DNA from: a virus
Lineage: Duplodnaviria > Caudoviricetes
Reading direction: 5' to 3' (one strand)
DNA length: 60,652 nt
Virus record (IMG/VR): IMGVR_UViG_3300044630_001263
Coordinates: 1-60,652 of that record
The notes below the pieces were generated by a model, which was given only the letters and a program-made list of their open reading frames with translations, had not been told where the DNA came from and did no database searches. Positions 19,375 to 29,400 of the stretch are shown one piece after another (the first letter of the stretch is position 1; each line of letters opens with the position of its first letter). The position numbers were made by a program, and so were the translations under genes.

Positions 19375-22300
19375 ATGGCACCATTATCAGGTAAACAACA
19401 AAGAGAGTACCTCAAGTTCCAGAATAAAGAAGCTCGTGAAGCGGTTAAAATGGAACTTGACGAAGGTCGTAAACAACAATTACATGAGATTAAACTTCAA
19501 GAAGCAGCCGCAAAAGCTAATCAAGGTTTAGGTCATAAAGAACAAGTTAATAATGCTAAACTTAAAGACATGGGTATTCCTCCTGCTAAGATGAATAAAC
19601 AAAAGTTAGGTATTCCAACACAAAACCCATTGGCAGGTACTGGTATGTTTAAACAAGGTCAACGTAGCCTTGCTCAAGCTCCTATCTTCCAAGCACAAGG
19701 CACTGATACAGTCCCTGCTATGCTTACTCCCGGAGAAGCAGTTATCCCAGCTCCAGCAGCACAAAACCCTAAGAACAAAAAAGCTATTAAGCGTATGGTT
19801 CAAGAAGGTCGTAAGGCTAATCGTCTTCGTGATGGTGCTGTTGATGTGCGCTATTCAGATGCTCCTGGACAGGCTAAGTATCACATGGACGGTACCAGTG
19901 GTGTACCCTCATTAGCATATCGTCATCCAGACGTACCCGGATCTTCGTTTAATGATGGTACAATGAGTGTACCTGACTTTAGTCGTGGTTCATCTGCTCA
20001 GGCAAACTATAACAATGGTACCTATGGTGTTGTGCCTCAGCAAGTTCAACAAGCTGTAGGCTATAACAACGGTAATGAAAATGTATCTTACATGGATAGG
20101 TTCCTTAACTTTATTGGTGGTCAAAAGATACCCGAACAACAACCTGTTGTTGCTCCGTTAGCTGCTCCAGCTTCAGACTTTAATACTGTTATTGAAAAAG
20201 TATTTCAAAGGGAATATCCAAGTGAAGATAAGGCTTATCATGTAGTTAAAGGAGATAAGGGCGGTCCAACTAAATATGGTATCAGCCAAAGAGCTTATCC
20301 TAATCTTGATATTAAAAATCTTACTAAAGAGCAAGCAATTGAAATTGCTAAAAGAGATTATTGGGATAAAAATAAAATAGACGAATTAGATCCTGCATTG
20401 CGTGAAATTCATTTTGATACTGCTTTTAATAAAGGAAACAGTGCTGCTAAGACTTTGTTGAAACGTTCTGGTGGTGACCCAACTAAATATCTAGATGAGC
20501 GTCAAAAGTATGCAAATGAAATTGTAAAAAGTGACCCTTCACAAAAGAAATTTCAAAAAGGTTGGTCTAACCGAGTTGGTGATCTCCGTAAGGTAGCTGA
20601 AACCGCTACAGATGTTTTGATTCCTTCAGCACAAGCTGGTACATTACCAACTGCAGAAGTACCTTCAGCAAGTGCAACTAAAGCTCCAGTTCCTCCCTTA
20701 AGTAATATTCCTACAGGTCGTGAAGTTTTAATTGCTAAACAAGATTTAGCTACAAGTACTAATCCTCGGGTTATTCAAGCGGCTAAAGATGTTTTGGCAA
20801 AAGCTAACCAAGCTATTCCAACATTAGCAGATACTAGAGCACCTATTTTTGATGTTACTAATGGTGTAACTAAACCTGTTAATTTATTTAACCAAGATCA
20901 AAAAGATTTAATAAGGCTCAGTGAAATTATTAATGACCCAAGTATTACTGCTAATGATAAAAAATGGGCTTATACAGAAATAGATCGTATTAAAAGAAAT
21001 AATCCTTTAGAAGTACCTACAGCTAGTTCAGTACCTACTGTTGTTTCTGATACAGATACTAATAAAGAAATTCCTAAACCAGTAAATGTATTAGACAATC
21101 AACAAGCAATGGCTAATGATCGTGAATTTAATACGTCTCTTAGTACTACTTCAGAGATCCCTACCTTAGAAGGTAATGGTTTAAAACCAGGAGACAAAGA
21201 CAGGTTTAATATGCTTGGCTTAGAGTCAAAGAAAGAGCTTGATAGGGTTAGCGAAGAAGTTAAACGAGTAACACAAATGCAAGGAACGCCTGAAGAAAAA
21301 CAAGGATTCCTTGCTAAAGCTTTGGAAGGTATTTTTGGACCTAAAGGTTTATTTAGTGATAAAGAACTTATTCGTTTTGGTATATTAGCTGCTGGTGGTA
21401 TGCTTACTGGTGGTTCTGTTGGTGGTTCTTTGCGTGTTGCTGGTTTAAATACACTTCAAGCAGCTGATAGACGTCAATCTGAAGAAGCTTCTGCTGCTAA
21501 ACAACAAGCTCAAATAGATGCTTATAATGCAAGACAAGATAAACAATTAACAGCTACTGCTGCAGCTAATGCTCGTAAAGATCAGCAATCATTGTATAAC
21601 AACCTAATTAAATCTGCTCAAGATATAGGTCAGATAAGCCCAGAGGTTTCAGCACAACTTTATAGAGCAAGTTTTGCTGGCAAATTTGGTGATATCGAAA
21701 GTGTATTAAACACAGATAAGTTTGCCACACCTCAGTATCGAGCTGGATTAAAACCAACTGATAAGCCTTCTACTTTTATTCAAGAAGGTTTTACTACGCA
21801 CAATGAAATGTACAGGGATCCTAAAGATCCTAATTTATTAATTTCAATTAGCAGGGGTCCAGATGGTAAGTCAGTTATTTCTAGAGTACCTGCTAAAGGA
21901 TATCGTGAAGTAACATCTACTGCAGATACTGTAGCAGAAAAAGAAAGACAATTTAAAGATACAAATTTAAGTGCTCGTTTGTTTGGTGTAGATGACAAGA
22001 AAAATAAAGGTATTTATTTTGATTTATCTAAGCAAGATGCTGTTGGGCAATTAAAAACATGGCAGAATCAACAACGTAAATTAAATTTACCAGACGACTA
22101 CACTCAATTTTCAGAGCAAATTAACCATGCTTTAGATATTGCAGCTAAAACGGGTGAACGTAAACCTCACGTAGGTAAAATGCTAGATATGCTTGTTATT
22201 AATAGTACTGCATTAACTAATAATGATATTATTATTGATTCTACTACTAAGAAAATGATTGAGCCGGGTAAACTTGGTAAGCTAACTGAAGATGTTAACT

Positions 22301-22542
22301 TGTTTAATGAAAAGAAATTAGGTAAAGAAGCTGACAAAAAGAAAGTTCTAGCTGCTTCAAATGCCTTTATTAATAAAGTTTCAGAAGGCTACAATGCTCC
22401 CGGAGATAAGCTTTCTCAGCTTCAACTAGCCGAAAAGGTTGGTAGAGATAATCCTATGTTTAACAAAATCAAAGAAGCACCAAACCCTTATTGGGGTTAT
22501 GTGTATTACCAGATGGCTATTGACAAACCTAAAAAGGAATAA
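19375..22542 (+). CDS. Internal virion protein with glycoside hydrolase family 108 lysozyme domain
   Basis: RE...DKGGPTKYGISQRAYP..LT-EQA..YW...FDTAFN-G...GWSNR at about 20.18-20.59 kb; also GTDTVPAMLTPGEAV. Confidence 0.8.
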   Translation: MAPLSGKQQREYLKFQNKEAREAVKMELDEGRKQQLHEIKLQEAAAKANQGLGHKEQVNNAKLKDMGIPPAKMNKQKLGIPTQNPLAGTGMFKQGQRSLAQAPIFQAQGTDTVPAMLTPGEAVIPAPAAQNPKNKKAIKRMVQEGRKANRLRDGAVDVRYSDAPGQAKYHMDGTSGVPSLAYRHPDVPGSSFNDGTMSVPDFSRGSSAQANYNNGTYGVVPQQVQQAVGYNNGNENVSYMDRFLNFIGGQKIPEQQPVVAPLAAPASDFNTVIEKVFQREYPSEDKAYHVVKGDKGGPTKYGISQRAYPNLDIKNLTKEQAIEIAKRDYWDKNKIDELDPALREIHFDTAFNKGNSAAKTLLKRSGGDPTKYLDERQKYANEIVKSDPSQKKFQKGWSNRVGDLRKVAETATDVLIPSAQAGTLPTAEVPSASATKAPVPPLSNIPTGREVLIAKQDLATSTNPRVIQAAKDVLAKANQAIPTLADTRAPIFDVTNGVTKPVNLFNQDQKDLIRLSEIINDPSITANDKKWAYTEIDRIKRNNPLEVPTASSVPTVVSDTDTNKEIPKPVNVLDNQQAMANDREFNTSLSTTSEIPTLEGNGLKPGDKDRFNMLGLESKKELDRVSEEVKRVTQMQGTPEEKQGFLAKALEGIFGPKGLFSDKELIRFGILAAGGMLTGGSVGGSLRVAGLNTLQAADRRQSEEASAAKQQAQIDAYNARQDKQLTATAAANARKDQQSLYNNLIKSAQDIGQISPEVSAQLYRASFAGKFGDIESVLNTDKFATPQYRAGLKPTDKPSTFIQEGFTTHNEMYRDPKDPNLLISISRGPDGKSVISRVPAKGYREVTSTADTVAEKERQFKDTNLSARLFGVDDKKNKGIYFDLSKQDAVGQLKTWQNQQRKLNLPDDYTQFSEQINHALDIAAKTGERKPHVGKMLDMLVINSTALTNNDIIIDSTTKKMIEPGKLGKLTEDVNLFNEKKLGKEADKKKVLAASNAFINKVSEGYNAPGDKLSQLQLAEKVGRDNPMFNKIKEAPNPYWGYVYYQMAIDKPKKE

Positions 22543-22544
22543 AT

Positions 22545-25500
22545 ATGGATCTAAGACCATTATCTGAAATTCCAGATGACAAACTTCTTATAACAAATGA
22601 GAAAGGACAAGATGTTTCTGTAAAGCCTCATGATGCAGATACATACTATACGGATGCTGGTCTTGGAAAACGTATTGTAGGTTTTGATGCTGCAGAGGTC
22701 CCCAAAATAACTGAGACAGGGGGATTCTCTGCAGGATCTTCTTTGGGTTTAGCCCAGAGTGCTGCTACTAAACAAGTATTAAAAGACTACGGTTTTAATC
22801 GTGAAATTATTGTTGGTAAAGACGAATACAAGCGTGACTTAGTTAAGCTAGTTAATCCTCAAGGTGAAACAGCAGAAAACTTTTTGTTAAGAAATCGTAT
22901 TGTACAACCTACAAAGTATACATCCGACAAAGATATGATTGATAGATCATTTCAAATCTTTCAAGATGCAATGATTCAACATGAACAAAAAACTCCAGTT
23001 CAAAAAGCAAGAGAGTTAGTTGAAGCTACTTTATCTAGCGGTACTATGGTACCCAGATTACAAGCTAATACTGTAGAAGAGTTTCAAGACTATACTAAGG
23101 CTACAAGCAATAAAGGTTTAGCTGAACAAGAACAAATGATTAAAGATCTTGAGAAGAGAATACAATCTCCTAAGATCAACGAGTTACAAAAACAAGATTA
23201 TTTAAATCAACTAAATAAGCTAAAAGAAAACTATCAATACAACCTTAACTTACCTAAGAACATGTATGTAGATTCCTTAGAGGGATTCCGACAAAAAGGT
23301 GCTTATGGTACTATGGCAGAGTTTGGTAGGGCTTTAGACTTAGGTTGGATAGCAGTAGATAATAGCGCTGCAAACTTTCTTCAATGGTCAGGTGACTTAG
23401 TTAAGTCTAAACCATTAATGCAGTACGGTAAAGACTGGGAGTTTGATAATAAGAGAGCTAGACGTCTTGTAGACATTTCTGCTGGTGATAGAGATATTAC
23501 TGGTGGTACTGTTACCTCTCTTGATGATGTTGAAAAGGATTTTAGTAAGGTATTTAAATTCCTTGGTACCTCTGTATTACAGTATGGTCCTCAAATGGCG
23601 GTAATGATTGGCGGCTCTGTTGCTGGTGGTTTAGCAGGTGGTCCAGCAGGAGCATTTGTTGTACCTATGGCAATGGGTATTGCTGATGTGTATGGTGAAA
23701 TGCCTGACAATGAAAAAGATCCTTACATGGCGGCTGCTATTGGTAGCGCTGTTGGTCTTGTTGACCGTTTTGGTTTTGCTAAAGGCTCAATTAAAGGTTC
23801 AGACCTACTAACTAAAAAGGGTTTAGCTGAAGTATCTTCTAAGATAGCGGCATCTAAAGGCATCTCTGTTCCTGAAGCAACAAATCTTTTGCATAAAGAA
23901 ATGATTGGCATTACTAAAGATTATGCTTTAATTGCAAAGAGTGTTGCAGCAGATCAGTTAGCTAGCAAACAAAATTTATTAGACTTGATGCTACAGATAA
24001 ATAAGTATGCAGGTAAAGAAGCTTTAACAGAAGCTATTCAAGAATCAATTCAATATGCTGGTATTAGAGGGACAACCTCTTTAGACTTTGATTGGTCAGA
24101 GCTATACAAGCGTACTAAAGAAGCGGCTATTGTTGGTGGTATTTTAGGTGGTACATTTAGTGCTCCTGGAGCGATGATAGATAGAGCTAACTTTAATCAG
24201 CAACTTAATATGCTTGCTGGTATTGAAACAAAACCTTTAACTCGTAATACTGCTATGGAGCAGGAAGAAATTGCTCGCAACGGTACTAAACTTGATGATG
24301 TTCAACTTGCAAATAAATTAAGAAACTATAGCAAGTCAGGCGGTAAACCTGTTAATACATTATCAGATTTAATTATGCCCGGAACTACCCCTAATACTTT
24401 ATGGCAAGACTTTAATAGCTTGTTAACTAATGGTGGGTTGTTTAGCCAAACAAGAGATAACAATTTAGCACAATATACTCAATATGAAGGTGGTAGAGAG
24501 ATTGCTGGTTTGTTTGATGCTAACAGTGTTCGTGGTGTATACTCAGGTATGTCACCATTTAAACGTATACACTCTATTGCTAACAGCGTTATGTCTTTGT
24601 TTCCTAATAGCGCAGAGAAAAGAAAATTATTTAATACAGATAATAACAAAGACATTGGTGAAATACTTTTAGAATCTTATAACAATGGATTGCAACATCA
24701 AGGTGCTTTAGAATACAGAGCAAAATTAGATACAATGGGTCAGGCATTAGCAGATACTATTGATGGTCTTGGTAACAATACTGGTTGGTCTTCTACTGAG
24801 ATTAGACAACCTGATTTCTTTTTAAAGAATCAAATTGTAGATCCTAATTTGGTTAGAGCTAATGCCGATGAGTTTATTAAAACTATTGAACAGAATTACG
24901 TGTCTAAGGGTTTTCCTGGGGGTAAAGTTAATAGGACTTTCTTAGAAGACTTAGCTACTCGTATATCTGAAAACATGACTTATCGTGAAATGAAAGACTT
25001 AAAAGATCTTGGTATGCTTGATAGCCCTGTTTTAAATAAATTTAGGTCTAAAGACGTAGAGCATAATGCTACTCGTTTAGTTGAAATGGTTTCAAGATCC
25101 GCAGTTAAGAATACTATCTTTGGTTCTAATGGAGAAGTAGTAGCTAAAGGTATTGCTAAGATGCTGGATGCTAATCAAATTACAGAGCAAGAAGCTAGTC
25201 AACTTGCGATGAACGTTGATCAAATGATTAAATCTTTTGATGGTAATCTAAATCAACCACAGAATCCAGTAATTAAAGGTGCAACAGATAATCTTACATT
25301 TACTACAATGATGGTGTACATGGACACTTCTTTGTTTGCTAACTTAGCTGAAGTTGTTTACGGTTCTTTAGGTCTATCACCTAAACAAATGGTTAAATAC
25401 TTTGGTTTAGTAAGTAAAGAATTTGCTTCAGATGTTGTAGCTAAGTTTGCTCAAGCTGGTAACAAGATAACTGGTGGTAAGATACCATCATTAGAAGAAC

Positions 25501-26489
25501 GTGAAATGTCAAAGAACGTGTCTATGCTTCAGCATACAGGTCACTTTGGTAAGATGAACGATATTGCTTTTAATGTTGGTGCTAATATTAATACACAGGC
25601 TAAACGTAATCTAAGTAAGATTATGTTTAAATTTAACCTTGTTGAGTCAGCAACTAACGCAGCTCGTGCAGCTCGTGGTGCTATTGCTTCAGATGAGATT
25701 AATTATTTAACTAGTATTATTGCAGAGTCTCCCAATAACAATGATGTAACACGCTGGGCAAGAGATCGATTAAGTTATTACCGTATGGATCCAGATAAGA
25801 TGGTAGATATCTACAATCAATTAGGTCAAGTATCGGTAGAGACACTTAATAATTTATCTGAAGGCGATCCTTTATATCAAGACTTAGCTAACCAATTAAC
25901 TAATGGTATAACAAACTTTATTGACGAATTCTCTGCAAGACCTGAGCCAGGAAGTTCTGCTAAATTATTTGATGACCGTAGGTTTGATTTGTTTACTCAA
26001 TTCAAAAAGTTTACTTGGCATTTTACTGCAAACATTATTCCTCAGATGTGGAATATGTATATTAAACGCGGTGAAGTTAAATATTCTTATAGCACATTCT
26101 CATTGTTAATGTTATCATTTGCAATGGCTTATGCTGGTATGTATATGAAGTCAATGCTTCGTGGTGAAGAACCAGAAGATGATGAAGTAAAATTTAATAA
26201 AAGATTAAAGCAAGCCTTTGATTACTCTGTTGGTGGTGCTTATACTGATGTGTTAAACACAGTAACAGAAGCTACTGCTGAAAGACCGGACGGGTCTCTT
26301 AAAAATAGTCCATTCAAAACCTTTGTATCACAGTCCCCTTCAATAAACTTATTGTTTAATACAGGAAAAGATGTGTACAAGGTTGCTACCGAGGAGGAAG
26401 ATGCCAAGGCAAAAACCAACTTGATCCGTAGAATACCCGTGTTTGGAGAAATTCCAGCTGTGCGGGACATGTATGTAAAGGAAAAATAA
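22545..26489 (+). CDS. Large internal virion protein with N-terminal thermonuclease (SNase)-like domain
   Basis: DADT...RIVGFDAAE...DEYKRDL matches the SNase DGDT/RxxGxDAPE/DxYGRxL pattern; remainder helical with Gly-rich hydrophobic stretches. Confidence 0.65.
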   Translation: MDLRPLSEIPDDKLLITNEKGQDVSVKPHDADTYYTDAGLGKRIVGFDAAEVPKITETGGFSAGSSLGLAQSAATKQVLKDYGFNREIIVGKDEYKRDLVKLVNPQGETAENFLLRNRIVQPTKYTSDKDMIDRSFQIFQDAMIQHEQKTPVQKARELVEATLSSGTMVPRLQANTVEEFQDYTKATSNKGLAEQEQMIKDLEKRIQSPKINELQKQDYLNQLNKLKENYQYNLNLPKNMYVDSLEGFRQKGAYGTMAEFGRALDLGWIAVDNSAANFLQWSGDLVKSKPLMQYGKDWEFDNKRARRLVDISAGDRDITGGTVTSLDDVEKDFSKVFKFLGTSVLQYGPQMAVMIGGSVAGGLAGGPAGAFVVPMAMGIADVYGEMPDNEKDPYMAAAIGSAVGLVDRFGFAKGSIKGSDLLTKKGLAEVSSKIAASKGISVPEATNLLHKEMIGITKDYALIAKSVAADQLASKQNLLDLMLQINKYAGKEALTEAIQESIQYAGIRGTTSLDFDWSELYKRTKEAAIVGGILGGTFSAPGAMIDRANFNQQLNMLAGIETKPLTRNTAMEQEEIARNGTKLDDVQLANKLRNYSKSGGKPVNTLSDLIMPGTTPNTLWQDFNSLLTNGGLFSQTRDNNLAQYTQYEGGREIAGLFDANSVRGVYSGMSPFKRIHSIANSVMSLFPNSAEKRKLFNTDNNKDIGEILLESYNNGLQHQGALEYRAKLDTMGQALADTIDGLGNNTGWSSTEIRQPDFFLKNQIVDPNLVRANADEFIKTIEQNYVSKGFPGGKVNRTFLEDLATRISENMTYREMKDLKDLGMLDSPVLNKFRSKDVEHNATRLVEMVSRSAVKNTIFGSNGEVVAKGIAKMLDANQITEQEASQLAMNVDQMIKSFDGNLNQPQNPVIKGATDNLTFTTMMVYMDTSLFANLAEVVYGSLGLSPKQMVKYFGLVSKEFASDVVAKFAQAGNKITGGKIPSLEEREMSKNVSMLQHTGHFGKMNDIAFNVGANINTQAKRNLSKIMFKFNLVESATNAARAARGAIASDEINYLTSIIAESPNNNDVTRWARDRLSYYRMDPDKMVDIYNQLGQVSVETLNNLSEGDPLYQDLANQLTNGITNFIDEFSARPEPGSSAKLFDDRRFDLFTQFKKFTWHFTANIIPQMWNMYIKRGEVKYSYSTFSLLMLSFAMAYAGMYMKSMLRGEEPEDDEVKFNKRLKQAFDYSVGGAYTDVLNTVTEATAERPDGSLKNSPFKTFVSQSPSINLLFNTGKDVYKVATEEEDAKAKTNLIRRIPVFGEIPAVRDMYVKEK

Positions 26490-29400
26490 ATGTCTTTAAT
26501 GAATGTGCGACCTAGAACAGGTCCATTAAGTGGTGGTGAAGCAGAACCTGCTTTAGTTCCTGAGAGTGTCCAACGACAAATTGAAGTAAACCCCATACCA
26601 AGAAGTATGGAATTAGTTCAACCTGAAGGTACTCAAATACAGTATCAATCTGATATGTATCAAGTGCCTAGGTATTCAGTAGAAGAGGTACCTACAGGAA
26701 GTGACTTTGGTGCAGGAGCTACTTCTACTACTGTACCTATTGACTATGCTTCTGAAGTTCCTGTTGATATTGAAGAACAAGGTATTCGTTTGGCTGAGCC
26801 AACGAGTCTTCCTAACTTTAATACACCAGATGAAGCTTATGAAACAATTAACAAAGCGATTCAAGACTTAGGTCCAGTGTATTCTTCTTTTAAAGTTGAT
26901 ACCGAGAAAAGAAAAACTTGGAGTGGTAATGACGGTAATGAAGCTATTGCTTTATCTAAACATTCTAATGACTTTGCTGAAAGACTTTTTAATGGTGAAG
27001 GTATTTTTGGTAATGAAAACCTAAGTAATCTTTATCAAAATGATTTAGGTATTACTGAGGAAAACTCTGCTGCTTTAGGTGGTGGGCTTATGCTAGCTGC
27101 TACAGGTGCTTTGTCTAATGTAAAATCAAGAAAATATAAAGACTTTATTGAAGACAAAAAGACTGGTAGTATAGAACCTACTTACGAAGATATTATTGAA
27201 AATCCTTTTAACATTTCTAAAGGAATGTCTAATGAGGAACGTAAAGAAGTTTATTCAGAAGCAAATCAAGCTATCAGGTCTGATCCTAATAGTCAACCTG
27301 TTATGCAGTCATTTGTAACTGATATCCAAGATCGTATTGGTAAAAACTTTTCACGACCAGACACTCCCGGTGGATCAGCTACTCCAAGAAAAGTTAGTAG
27401 AGAAATTGCTGCAGCAGAAGCTTACAGTTTATACGACAAAGGCTATATTGATATTGGTAAAGATAAGAATGGGGTTTATTACCCATTGTTGACTGCTAAA
27501 GGTGAAGACATGCTTGCAGACACCAAACATGCTGCTGCTCTTTATGATGTAGAATTACGTCATATGAATGTTAATGAGCCACTTATTCGTTCTCAATCAA
27601 CTCCTCCTGCTAGTTTTAGATTTGCAGGTAAGCAACAGATGTTTGCTCCTAACTTAAAATTCAAAGACAATTTAGGTATGGATGTTATTGATGCGGCTAT
27701 TGCTATTCAAGCAGCAGTAGGTTTTAAAGTTAACCCTATTAACCTTAGTTTGTTAGAGCAAATGGCTAGCAGTGCTTACTCAGTTGGTCCAAACTTAAGT
27801 CCTAATTTATCTACAGCAGTATTTAGTTCCTCAGGTAATTTAATTAACGCTGGTAATAATATTAGTAGTGGTAATGCTGGCTTTGTTAACCAAACCTTTA
27901 CTGTTCCTTTTGCTTATTCGGATAGCCCTTACTCTAAAACAATTGCAGACCTTTCATTAGGTAAAGTATCTGAGAAAGTCAAAGAGCTTGTTGCATCAGG
28001 TATGCCCCAAGGGAAGATAGCAGAGACTGTTGGTGATATTAATACTCGTAAGCTACAGCAAGTTAATAAACATTTAAGTGATTACTTAACTAGTAATTTA
28101 TCAAAGGGTATTCGATTTAATATGATGCAGCGTTCGCCTAGCACTAATCGAATGTTCCCATTGGCTACAGATATTAACACAACTAACCATAGCGGGACCA
28201 TTAGACCCGGTGTTGACTTCGGTTTAAAGCTTACATCTACTATTCGTGGATCATTACCCGATACATTTAGCCGAGTAAAGGCTATTGCAAGCAAAGTCTA
28301 TGATACTAAAAATAAATCAGGTATTGCTGTTGGTGAGTCTATCCATCGTGCTTTATGGGCATTACCAAAAGAAGATCGAGTGTTGTTAGATGCTATGTAT
28401 CAGATCAGTAAGTTTGCACAAGACTTTGGATTTATTAGCTTTAGAAACTTTAGACCAACACCTAAAGATTATATTGAAGCTTTAACCCCAGACGTCCTTC
28501 AAAAGATGGCGGCATTTGGTACTAAGTTTAAATCATGGTCTCAAGGTAACTTACCTAAAACAAATGAACAAGCTGACCTTCCTCCAGCATTTAACAATGA
28601 ATTAAAAGCATTCTTTGAAAAGAAAGAATGGGGACCCCGAATCCGTAATGCTATTATGGCTTCTGATATTGTTAATGCTGCTAAGGCTGGTGGAGGTGTT
28701 GTTACATTAGACGCACCTATTGAGACTGATGCTTCTCAATCTAATGCTTTTATTATTTCCATGCTAATTGGTGATTTAAAAGTTGCTAATATTCTTGGTG
28801 GTTATTTTGGTGGTGATCAAAATTATGCTGATGTAAGAAAAGAATATAAAGACTTACGTAATCTTGTATCATCAACAGTTAACACAGATATTGAAGATAC
28901 TTTAAGAGGTACAGACGAGGCAGGTAAGAAAGAAGCATTCCAAAATTTAATGGATGAAGCTAAGCTAATGTACGGTAGCGAGTTTGATAAGATTTATGCT
29001 CGAGGTATTGTTGTTGCTGGTCTTTACGGTAAACACCCTGAATATATGTTTACTGAAGTTGAGACTATGCTTAGTAAACTAGCAGGTCTTAGCGACAAGT
29101 TAGATAACATTGAAGCAATGTACCCTAATCGTAAAGAATTTCTTGAAGACTTGTGTTCTATATTTAGCACATCAATGAGAAATCACTTAAAGAATTTACA
29201 AGGTTGGCAACAAGTTGCTTCGTCTATTGCAAGTCTTAAGTCTGCATTTAATGGTTCTTCTAGAATTAAATCATTTGGAAATACATATATTGATTTAGGT
29301 TCAAGCTATGCTACAATGGTGGAAGATGAATCTAATACCATTAAAAATATAATGGGTCTTCCTGATGAAGTAAAGAACTTATCAGGTAGAGCATATGATA

